Source: Veleropilina oligotropha
Lineage: Eukaryota
Reading direction: 5' to 3'
Length of the DNA stretch: 64,000 nt
Assembly (NCBI GenBank): GCA_048128005.1
Contig: JBEUKZ010000084.1
Coordinates: 310,001 to 374,000, forward strand
Of this stretch, positions 23,523 to 34,918 are shown one piece after another. The position numbers and the translations under genes are program-made. Under the pieces are notes generated by a model. It had not been told where the DNA came from and made no database searches. It saw nothing but the letters and a program-made list of their open reading frames with translations. Numbering within the stretch: the stretch's first letter is position 1; every line of letters begins with the position of its first letter.

Positions 23523-26500
23523 TAATTTGCCCTGTTTGTAATGTAAAATTTTCTAGAAAGGATGCCATGTTAAGACACCTTAAGAATAAGCATGTAGATG
23601 TCATAACAACACAATCCCCGTCTCAGTCTGCACCAAAACGTGTGCAATGTCCTACGTGCCAAGAAACATTTTCCAGAAAATATCATATGAGAGTGCATTG
23701 TCGTCGTAAACATCCACCATTTAAATGGCTTCCTTATTAATAATGTAATAATATGAATAAAAATACATATTTTTGATGTTTCTTGTCTGTCTTTCTGAGC
23801 TCTCCACTGCCGCGGCCCCACCTCCACCCAGTTGCCTATGTTTATCAGTCACCTTCCACTGCCGCGGCCACACCTCCACCTGCCGCGGCCCCACCTCCAC
23901 CCAGTTGCCTATGTTTATCAGTCACCTTCCACTGCCGCGGTCACACCCTCCACTGCCGCGGACCCACCTCCACCTCCACTACTAGGTTTATCAGTCACCT
24001 TCCACTGCCGCGGTCACACCCTCCACTGCCGCGGCCCCACCTCCACCCAGTTGCCTATGTTTATCAGTCACCTTCCACTGCCGCGGCCACACCTCCACCT
24101 GCCGCGGCCCCACCTCCACCTGCCTCTGCAATGTTTAACAGGCATGGTTGTCCCTTATATAAAGGACCCTTTGACAATACAGAGGTATCGGACTTCAAAC
24201 AGACTTGACTTCGCTGGTGTGACCAGTAGTGGGTTCTCCGATATTCCAAGTTATGTCGCAAAGTGTGTTAATTCTTCAGGGTCTGTAAACGATTGGATCA
24301 AATGTCGAAGTTCAGACATGGTTCTGAAATTAAAATTACCACAATTATTGCAAATTCACATACATAGACGAATTGAGGTGATTTTAGACAAATAACTTGC
24401 CATAATATATACATATGGTCAAACCGAATCAAATGACACAAATTTCAGGTCTATATGACACGGCGGTTTCGAGTTATGCCCCTTATTTAGACAAACTTGT
24501 AGGCCCTAGCCTCATAATTTTGGTGCACATTTTTTCGAATTTCTTGTTATCCTAATTTAAAATATCTAAGGGCAATATTAACCGAGTTGACCATTCCTGA
24601 CCATTTTGTGGCAAATATGCCTTTTTGCTTATGTCATTTCTGATATGTAGGATAGCTGAAGTCAAATACCAAGAACACATATTTACTGGGTGTTTTTGTA
24701 TTCATGTATGTTTGAAATAACTCAATACATTTTAGTTTAGACCCATTTCCATGTACACAATAGTGCACCAAACTTCCGTTATGAAGACACATAAAACCAG
24801 ATTGAAACAAGATACACTGGCTTCCTGCCTGCTAGTTACATTTGGTGAACTGAGCCTGCTCTATATGGATAATTAGTTGTCAAACACATGACGGATATGA
24901 GAAACTTCATTATCACTACGTAACGATATAGGTATGTATATAACCCTATATGTTTATAACTGTCAAATTGTTAACAATCATCTGCGTGGCTATCGCCCCC
25001 GAAAGCGTGTGTTCTATGTTGTTATAAACTGCCAATATATGTATGTAAAGCACCTCTTCCAAGTACATTATCCGTAGGTTCGAACCACCTGCGTGGCTAC
25101 CGGTCCATAACTACCATAGTACAACTGTAAAAAGTCCTCGTATTACATCGTCATTTTGATAAGAAAAATGTTCAGTCGTGTTATGTCTTTTACATGTCAA
25201 ATTGTTAACCACTGGTTCGAACCACCTACGTGGCTACCGACCCGAAAGCGTGTGTTCTATGTTGTTATAGAAACTACCAATATACATATGTAAAGCACAT
25301 CTTCCAAGTACATTATCCGTAGGTTCGAACCACCTGCGTGGCAAATTCTACTGTGATTTGTGTGTTCTATGTTGTTATAGAAACTACCAATATACATATG
25401 TAAAGCACATCTTCCAAGTACATTATCCGTAGGTTCGAACCACCTGCGTGGCTACCGGTACATAACTACCATAGTACAACTGTAATACATCGTTATTTTG
25501 ATCAATATGTGTTATGTTGTTTACGTTTCGGTACAACCGTGGGTTAGAACCATCTGGCTATCTGAGTTTTGTGGACATCAGATACTGCTAGTATCCATTC
25601 TTACATACCAAATTAGCATCCTGTAAAACATGGCGGATTGTATATATCAGTTTGTTCTCAAAACCTGACACATGGGATTCGAACCATCTGGTTATCTGAG
25701 TATTGTGGACATCGGATACTGCTAGCATCCATTCTTACATACCAAATTAGCATCCTGTAAAACATGGCGGATTGTATATATCAGTTTGTTCTCAAAACCT
25801 GACACATGGGATTCGAACCATCTGGCTATCTGAGTATTGTGGACATCGGATACTGCTAGCATCCATTCTTACATACCAAATTAGCATCCTGTAAAACATG
25901 GTGGTTTGTGTGTTAAAACTGACCCAATCAAGTATATATGTATATCCGATATTATTGCGAGAATGAGCCGGATGTCACGCTTCCTGTAGTAGAAGCTAGT
26001 CGCCTGCTGAAGCAGCCACAAGATACAGGATATCGCATTTCCTATAGTAAATAGCCATGTGTTGACATACTTAGTTGACATGATTTGTTTAGTGTGAAAT
26101 ATTTCCTACTACGTCACAAATACGTCACAGGTACGTGCCCATTATAGGGGTACCTCGTCATATAGGGCAGGTACCGAATGGGTCTACCCATGTAATATAT
26201 CATAGGTGTACCTCGTCGTATAGGGCACCGAATGGGTATCCCTCTACCCAAGGATCCCTAGAGGGAGGGAGCGGCTGGCACTAGTACGGTTAATACTCTA
26301 CACAGATATACACAGGTATTCATAAACAAACACGTGTATGACTCATCTGGGGGTATAATTATCTAGTACACAGATTACCCATAAACACATGTATGACTCA
26401 TCTGAGGCTATAATTATCTAGTATACAACATCTGAGGCTATAATTATCTAGTATACAACATAGATATGAGTCATACCTATACCTAACTACGTCACAGGTA

Positions 26501-26563
26501 TTGCAACACACCTTGCAACACAGGTATGATGTCATTTGAGTGCAACGAGTCATCAGTACTACT
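23260..26563 (-). repeat. Right inverted arm (3304 bp)
   Basis: Reverse complement of the left arm; the match begins at GTAAAGTCAGTT (23260) vs AACTGACTTTAC (21841-21852). Confidence 0.95.
23507..23740 (+). CDS. Two-finger C2H2 zinc-finger protein
   Basis: CPVCNVKFSRKDAMLRHLKNKH and CPTCQETFSRKYHMRVHCRRKH; AATAAA at 23756-23761 follows. Confidence 0.75.
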   Translation: MATLLIICPVCNVKFSRKDAMLRHLKNKHVDVITTQSPSQSAPKRVQCPTCQETFSRKYHMRVHCRRKHPPFKWLPY

Positions 26564-26680
26564 TATCGCATAAAAATGCATTGTAACTGACAACTGTTCA
26601 AGTCGTATTAGGACATGATTCCTCCTCGTTTTTGGCAGAAGGTCATCTTCAAAGATAATACCCAAAAGAAGCAAATCTTT
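26564..26680 (-). pseudogene. HARBI1-like transposase remnant, part upstream of the Polinton insertion
   Basis: DDLLPKTRRNHVLIRLEQLSVTMHFYAI resembles Harbinger DL...TRRNHAL....QVL..LRFYA. With the Polinton and one TSD copy removed, it reads in frame into VPFQMDIVNMCGVSQP. Confidence 0.75.
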
Positions 26681-26692
26681 TGAGACACTGTA

Positions 26693-27560
26693 TAGAGGAT
26701 CTCATATGAGTGGTAATGTAATATCACATTTATGAAACGTGTTTAACTAAATTAGTTAAACTAGTTTCATAAATGTGATATTACATTATCACGAGTGTGA
26801 GGTTCTATTTATCACATATCGATCTTTGGTAGGAAACAAACTACAAACTCACGAAATTGCCTTACAGGTACGAAAGAATCAGCAGTAGATTGAAGGCGAC
26901 ATTACAGTGTAGTGATATGTAAACAGTTTAATGCAAAAGGCCATCGTGTTGACTCATTACATAAATTAGTAACCATGCCCTCTAAAAATAGTGCGAGAGT
27001 AGTTGATTAATTTACATTAATAACTAACAAATATTCTTTGAAAATGAACAGATATAACTTTACATAATCTATATGAACATATTAGAATAACAATTTTCAT
27101 TAAGATTTAAAACTATCTGCCAAAGACAATAACGCGGGATATATATGACTGTGTCGCCGACAGGTTTGAATCTGTCTTTTGAAGTCTGCTATCGCGGCCT
27201 ACGTACCTGCATAAATGTGATTGTTGCGCCTGCAATCTCGTTACCTCGAAATCAGTTCCAATAATCTCTACCATGTTGTTGTTTTGTGGCCGTTGCTATA
27301 AATGTTTCCACTATCGCCGTCATAATGTCAACATTAAAATATTGGCGGCAATCACGTTATGACATTATAGTAAATATATAATACGTAGTAAAACAAATAG
27401 TGCGCTCGACCTTTAGTGACACGCATTGCCATAGGCTGTTCGAATTTCATTCATTAAATCATCCAATCGCATTTCAATATGGCTGTTGACACACGTGTAT
27501 TACGACAAATAATACACGGTGTTGCACTATGGGAAAATGACCTAGATATGTGATAAAAAT
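26693..27560. mobile_element. Non-autonomous element with near-perfect 5' hairpin (Crypton-like architecture, tentative)
   Basis: TAGAGGATCTCATATGAGTG start; hairpin TAATGTAATATCACATTTATGAAAC...GTTTCATAAATGTGATATTACATTA; TTTATCACATAT near 26808 inverted to ATATGTGATAAA near 27547. Confidence 0.4.
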
Positions 27561-29389
27561 CCATAGCAACGATTTAGTCGGACACATAAACAAACCAATT
27601 AAAAACTTCTTTTGTTATTTGATCGCAGATGGTTAAAATTGGATCGTGCGGTAGCTAATCACATTCATGAATCGGTGACTAAGTGTAAATAGGTGCGATT
27701 ATTATTTTTACCCGCGTGTAAAACTTAAACAGCTTTATGAATTCGGGCCGTTGTCTTTATAGTCCAGTCAATTTATCATTATGCCTGGGAAAAATTGCAA
27801 CAGAATTTATTTTGGAACTAATCCATGCTATAGATATGTTATAACAACATACTAAAAATCTAAGAAAATCTAAGTTTCGGAAAATACCAAATATAGCGAT
27901 TAAAAATAGCGAAATGCGCTAGTATTTTCTACGCCGGTGACGATGAAATAAAACCCCAACTCTCATTCCTGATATCACATCCACATTGTCTAATAATTTA
28001 TGCTTCACGAATAACAATATAAATGTACTTATGCCATGGTTTTATGTAAATAATGAAATGTATGCGATACGAAAGTATAATATTGTGCAATTGTTAATGA
28101 GAAAGCATGACTGTCCTAATCTTATGCATACCCATTTTTCCGTCGTATTTTCGCATTGCACCGTTACTAATAATGGACAAAATTTCAATTACTATATATA
28201 TATATCCAACGTAAGAGCGCTAATAATAGTGAAAAACATTAAAAGGAAGACACAAATGTTTATAATTATGGACAAATGCATTAATATGCAATAAATTGTC
28301 TGTAAAAGATATGCAAAGTACCAAATTGAGCGAAAAGAGTAGATGTAGGACTATTAAATTATTAAATATGTGACACGGTGACCGACATATTCCCAAAGAG
28401 CTCATGATCTGCACGCAGCCGAATACTGGTAAAAACATGTAATAATCCAAAAAAACGAAATACTCTAAAAAAAAATATTCAAATTACAACCATATCCTCA
28501 CAAAGTCATATAACAGTAATGGTCGCTACAAATATGATAATGTCCACACGAATATAAAACGAGACATTCATTAAGGATACTTATCCAACATATTTTGATA
28601 TTTCATATGGGGAAAACAACCTTTAATACATTCCTGGTAGTTCAAGTTGCGGCACTTGCTGTAGACAATATTCTCTGGTAGAAATTTTAACGTCTGGGCA
28701 GCATCAAATGGACAAACAATATATATCAAGCTGCTAGACAGCCTTTAAATAAAACGCGCAACTTCAGCATCACATTTCGTCGAAATCTTTAAACGACAAT
28801 GAAGCGGTCTAGGATAGTGTTCATCATATATTTTCTCGAAGCTTTTAATGACTATAGTGCAAAGTACCAATATTTGTGATCTTGTTGCGACTGAGGTTTT
28901 GCTGTTTGCTCCGGAAAACTTATACCACTCACAATATGTCAGGAAACGAGACTCTGTTGTCTTCTCATATATATAAATTTCGTTCCATTCGTTATATCAT
29001 TAACATCAAGTGACGCCAAATATTTAGATCTTCCATATACGATCTGATTTTCGTTGCAGTGTTGAGCCCGGTCAGTACCTAGTCGACGAAAGTCAAAAAC
29101 CGGTCCTCTTGTGAGGTTACTCCATGAATTGTTTAGCAAAAAATAAGGTCTCTTGGAGACGGTTTTGGATGTTTGACGCAACGTCCTGCCAGTCGAAGTC
29201 TTCTATATTTGTTATAAAAGAGATTCGCCGAATAATATTTCCATACAGGATATCATTTATGACCCTATCACTCTACGAAACGTTGAGGATCATCCGGGGC
29301 ATATTTGTATAGCAGATATATAGGTAAGGTTTTATGCTTCAGTTTGCTTCTTTTGTCTTTTTGGAGCCATCGGCAGATTGACACAGGTT

Positions 29390-29580
29390 CCTGAGGCCGT
29401 GAAGTATCCATGCTTGTGCCTTCCTTAATGTAATGTCCCTTTCTGTCGAGCTGATGAACGATACAAGATACTTAAAATCCTCATTGCCTGCCAGTGTGGA
29501 GCCATTTTTGGCTCAGAGCGTCCTCATCGACGTTGAATACAATCCCATCGGTTCTGTCTTCTTGACATTAAAAGTGAAGG
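29390..29580 (-). pseudogene. Degenerate RTE-group LINE RT C-terminal fragment
   Basis: Minus-strand EDFKYLVSFISSTERDITLRKAQAW resembles the post-RT (D/E)FKYLGS...DI..R...AW motif. Confidence 0.45.
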
Positions 29581-30169
29581 CCTCCACACTGGGGAGCAGT
29601 TCCTGACACAAGTACAATGTCGTCTGCGGAGTCGAATTCAGCCATATCACTTCACCAATCCGTCTGCTCCTCCTTGGGGGTGAATGCGAACCAGAATTAT
29701 TCCTATTTCCGAAAGATAGCATGACATAGCGCCTAGTCTAGGACGATAATAAAGAGGTAGTACTGGGAAAGATATAAAAACCATTCTGAGTTAACTTTCG
29801 AAAAGCTCGTTCATCTTATTAAAGATGATCATATATACAAAGACAGAAGACTTTCTTTGTAAATACGTTTTGCCATTGCGGTTATCAATCCCTGGATTTT
29901 CAGGATTTATGCATACAAGGCGATCGCGCAGATTGGTCATCTGTATTCGTGATCGCCATGAACCCTAGTTACTTGTCCTGCATCTATTCTACACTCTAAT
30001 TTGTTCGTTCACATACTCTCCGCAATAATACAACACCTGTTGTCTGATTTGAACAACCTTTGTCAATTATAGACAACGAACAGCCAATACAACCAATGGC
30101 ATAAAACCAAATGTTCTTCATGTACGAGCAATTCATGGGCAGATCACGGAACTTGCAAGATTTAAGTTT

Positions 30170-30800
30170 TTCTTCATTTTGGGGGGGTGGGCATATTGTT
30201 TATCGTATATCTACCGATATTATAAACAATAACTTAAACTTAAAACTACTTTTTACGTCTGAAATTGTAATACCTTCCTAATGATACCATTTCTAATCTC
30301 ATATAATATCATTTACTAGTTTTCCTTGACTACAAAATTGCCGCCAAGAAATTTAATATACATAATTTCCGGTAGATGTGTTCACTAATATCGGAATACA
30401 AAATTTCAAACATGGTTCAGTCTTATATTTTTTATATGATGTCCATGATATGTCACTCTAAGCAAAAACGTAAATAATTGCTTTTGTTGGAAAGATATTT
30501 TTTAAAAGTAAATAATTCGTATTTTATTTCAATATTTCCTTCGTTTTTAGGGGGTGGGCATATTGTTTCTCGTGTATCTACCGATTTACAAACAATAACT
30601 TAAACTTAAAACCAATTTTTAGATCGGGTAATGTAATACCTTTCTTATGATACCATTACTAATGCCACATAATATCATATACTAGTTTTCTTTAACTTAT
30701 AAATATGCCTCTTAGAAAATTTAATAGCGGTAATTTCCGATGGGTGGGTTCACAAATTCCGGAAAAAAAATAATTTCCGAAAATATTTCAGTCTTAGATT
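30170..30800. repeat. Diverged ~370-bp tandem duplication
   Basis: GGGGGTGGGCATATTGTTT...AAACAATAACTTAAACTTAAAA...ACTAGTTTT recurs near 30183 and 30550. Confidence 0.7.
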
Positions 30801-31383
30801 CGTATACGTTCCTCTAAATAAACTTAAGAGACATAAATTATGTTGCAATTAGTCCCCAGTTTGGCCTATTTTGATGCTATTTGGACTGGACTATTAGATA
30901 TTAAAGGCGTCTGGTCATTTGGTGACTTCGGACAAATACTTCGTTAGCACGACCATGTTCACCAATGCTACTGACTGACATGTCTGGTGATTGATGAGAG
31001 CATGATTTGTATGACGTTTTAAAGGAACGCAGACCAAAGGATGCCATTGCCCGAACCGAGGTTCGTATACACTTTAGTTAGACAGAACAGACAAGCCAGT
31101 GAATTCAAAGTCTGCCCTAGAAACCACATAGCTAACGAAGCGGCCTCATGTTTCATCATAGTCTTTAGAGAGGAAACCGTGTTGGAAGCGCGGGGATTTC
31201 ATGGAACACAAGGTGATGAAGAATGTGACCACACAGTAAGTTATCCATCAACTTGGATGACTTAATGCAAGAAAGATTGGTTAACCGGTAGTCACGTTTA
31301 CAACTCTCTTGGTACCTGGATGACGTATAGTTGAGTTGACAACTTTGCTTTACGACCCCTTTTGTCATTTTGTCGGGACGCCC

Positions 31384-31542
31384 GGTTTAAGGTCTCACTC
31401 CGATCTGACCAACATACATTAGGGATATGCCATCTATTATTTTGAGCCTTAGAATAAGCCAGGCCGAAGCGGGCTTGAACCCACATCCTACAGTCCCACA
31501 TAACGTTTTTCCGACGCTCTAACCAGTTGAGCTATCGAGGAC
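31384..31542 (-). mobile_element. tRNA-derived SINE family B
   Basis: Reverse complement of 35845-36005 (GTCCTCGATAGCTCAACTGG head, B-box, ...CAGATCGGAGTGAGACCTTAAAC tail). Confidence 0.7.
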
Positions 31543-34500
31543 GGTAAGATAGTGACGTATAATATTATAATCGGAACAGCGTGCACTTCAAACGTCTGGC
31601 TTACATACTTAACATATCGTTTAAGGAAATAATCTGTCAATTTTCATTGGTAAACAAATTATGTTGTCTTACTTAGCTGACGAGCGTATAAACATGAACC
31701 TCAAAAAGATGTGCGCACAATCAACTCTATTGCGTGGGAAAGCTCTATATTTTTGCGACAAAATGTGCTCCGGGCTTAATTGTATCTCAGATTGTTATAC
31801 ATTTAATGTTTTAAATTGTGTTTTATATCTATATCTTTCATATCTTAGGACAACTGTCCTCAAAAGCATAATCTAGTATTGACCAGAAGATTCGTAGATT
31901 GTGGGATGGCCGTAGATGGGTGTTTAATTGTGCCATTTGAGTTACTTTTTTGTATACTCACTGGTGTGTTCAAGATTGATGAGACTGATAGTCGCATGTG
32001 AACTTAAAGAACATATCTCGGTGACATCTGAAGCGAGTTGCTCGTTAAGTCACTCGATTGTTTCGTTTTTTATTGCTAAATCTTCGAATTTTAGTATTTC
32101 ATTAACCGCGTACGTTTTGTACACGAACGACGGTGTGGGTTCGCTTTCAACTGCTTCTTGTTTTTTCCTGCTTCATTGTTTTTTCCGTCCATAACGTTGG
32201 AACATGGTTAAATTTTATCCTGTTTATATATTTTAATGCTTGCTTACCCGTTAGCAAGAAATGGTTACTCCCATTTTTTGGAGGAAACCATTTGTTATAT
32301 TTGTACAGGGTGCGATGATATACGAGGATTAGCTTCGCAAACTTAAGCACGGATTTTGAATGAAGCCTACATGAATTAGTTGACATGGTTCAAAGACTAG
32401 ATGATTAGATTTCTGTATGGCGATATTCTTGATAGCATACGAGAGTGTTTAACAGAGTGTCCATAGTCGTAGAATGGTGATGGAGAGCTGTGGTCTCAAA
32501 TTAAATTTGACCATTTGTTAAATTTGTCGCTATATGTTTTGGTCTGATATACACTAATATAGTATTTCATAGGGACAGCTCCCGGTGTGGGTTAATGGTA
32601 TTGGAGGGTATGCGTTTATTAAAATTTTATTTCAGCAATCTCAGATTTCCATCCTGTCCCAACGAGAGTATGGTGTGTGTTGTTCACGTAGGTCCAAAAG
32701 TCAATGAGAATATTTAAGATGTTTTACCATGCGAGGACGATTTTAATTGCAACATACCACTAGGAAAAGAGAGCACAATGCATATGTCTCACACATGCAA
32801 AGCAAGAAAAGCATTTTAATGCCTTTTGGCATAAAGATAGTACGAAAACAATTCATGCTGATTTTTTTATAATCAGGCTGTGTGACATTGGATCATTTTG
32901 CATTTTGTCTTCTTCTTCCAATCTGACCCTGATTATGCATTAAATATAGGAACGTATTGTTCTTTGTTTACGACATTTCAGGGAATGCAGTTATTATAAA
33001 CATTCATTTTGCTGATCACTTTTAAAATGGATATTTGTTGTACACATCGTATATTGTTCACTGACGCCCACAGTATATATACAAAATCATATATTGTTTC
33101 GAAAGACAAACGTACGCTATCATGACACTCCGCAAAACGTATGCACGACATGCGTGTCTACATCAATAACGTACGTTGTGTTCTAATCGGAACATTGTCG
33201 TCTGCTATGTACGTCAGGGAAAAGCCGGGATCGATATGTCGCCTGTTTTTAAGTGAGGACAGATGCATTGACAACATACAGATGTAAATAATCCGCCGGC
33301 AAGTAATTTCCCTGTCCTTTGACACCATGCAGTTATATTATAGACTACAACATCAATGAATAAATATATTACATGTTGAAATAAAATTTTATAAGAAACG
33401 AGGATAAAATTATTGCCGCCGACGAAGAGTCGATGGTGGAAATATTATTCGGCCTCGATAACCATCGATACAATGCGTGTGTCACCCGCAATTTACACGT
33501 TGCCTCTCTTCAAAGACAAGCTGTATACTATACATGTATATAGTATAATATTGTTGACCAAACAACCAAAAAGTCTATTCCTAATCTTTTCAAATATCGG
33601 AAATAATGCGTTTCCCTCATTACATGTGTCATATGAATTCGTCTGGAACTGTCTTTGGTGGGAACGTATTTTAGCAGATGCCATTCCTATAAATACGGAT
33701 TACTTGATAATCGATATATCAATTTCGCTTTTATCAGCTACACTTATTTAATGTGTCAATGGAAGGATAAACATTGGCATTGACTTATTTCCTGAATTAA
33801 GGATAAGCGTAGATCATGACCAATGTGTAAGTGAGTGCGAACGTTGCAATTTGCAATCCATATCCCATTTACACTATATTTCAAACAGCGTCACATCTGA
33901 AACATTGGACACCAATCGAGCACATTCTTTGACAACAATCCCGATTCGTCTTAGACAATAAAACCAATGTACAGAGTTGTTATATAAATGTCCAGGATAT
34001 AAACAGTGTATCTTACGTATAAGTATATATATATATATCACATCATACACAACATGTCGAGAATGCCTGCTTTATCATGATTTTCTTGATACCGACAAAG
34101 TAAGCTCCTGTTATAATACACTCTGAGTATGTATTAATATAAATATACATAGATATGGTAAACCTGGACTGAAATCTGATTCATGTTGGTAAATTGATTT
34201 ACATCGGCAAAAATTGCAGTTGTTTGTTTTAATTGGCAACAGTAATTTTGTTGCTCCTAATTATAACAAATGTACGCGTTCTGCGCTTAGCAACTGACGC
34301 ACTAACAATACAAGGAGAACTTTTCAGATAATTAACTTGTGTTCCTAGCTTGTTTCCTGTTCGACTTGGCACATGTAATATGTGTCCTTGAAATCATAGG
34401 CCACTTTGAAAAACTCATCCGGTATTCTGCAATCATAAAGTTAATGTCGTATTTACGTGAACTGACACGAAACAACTTCCTATTCCAACACATTGGAAAA

Positions 34501-34659
34501 CAGCTATTAGATCATTTTAACTTCAAACTTTTTAGGAAGATGTCGGTCAAACTGTATAGACTATATCTATAGCTGATGTTAACTATATATTTGATGAAAG
34601 AAAAACATTCTAGTCCTAGTATGTGTTTTTTAACGACTCTCCACCTGCATCTTTACATC

Positions 34660-34915
34660 ACATATACAGAAAAGAGCCATCCACACTAGTACCAGGACCA
34701 ACCAATAGCAAATAATTCGAGAGAGCACAGATCACAAGCATTCAATCATCATTCAATTAAAAATATTGAAAGACTTTGAATAAAATTCAGATATACAGAA
34801 AAGAGCCAATCAAACTATTACCAGGACCAACCAATAGCAAATAATTCGAGAGAGCACAGATCACAAGCATTCAATTAAAAATATTGAAAGACTTTGAATA
34901 AAATTCAGATATATT
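34660..34915. repeat. ~130-bp tandem duplication
   Basis: ATATACAGAAAAGAGCCA...GAATAAAATTCAGATATA occurs twice. Confidence 0.8.
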
Positions 34916-34918
34916 CAT

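Larger units (their letters stand above)
18211..26563. mobile_element. Non-autonomous Polinton/Maverick (adintovirus-like) element with giant terminal inverted arms
   Basis: Ends AGTAGTACTG...CAGTACTACT; 6-bp TSD TATCGC at 18205-18210 and 26564-26569; carries penton-like and PC4-like ORFs; no pPolB, integrase, MCP, ATPase or protease ORF. Confidence 0.9.
16358..27749 (-). mobile_element. Decayed PIF/Harbinger DNA transposon hosting nested insertions
   Basis: TIRs GGCCCGAATTCATAAAAGC (16358) and GCTTTATGAATTCGGGCC (ends 27749), with GTT on both flanks; contains a HARBI1-like transposase remnant on the minus strand. Confidence 0.75.

Noticed and set aside
18211..26563. Giant palindrome as a fold-back assembly artefact
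   Set aside because: The flanks are unique, the 6-bp TSD is exact, the interrupted transposase rejoins in frame, and the arms differ by a 338-bp indel and a substitution. Long-read confirmation is still desirable.
33905..34110. Possible promoter and first exon (CCAAT, TATA, GTAAGC)
   Set aside because: The candidate ATG frame stops after 8 codons and no downstream exons were recognised.
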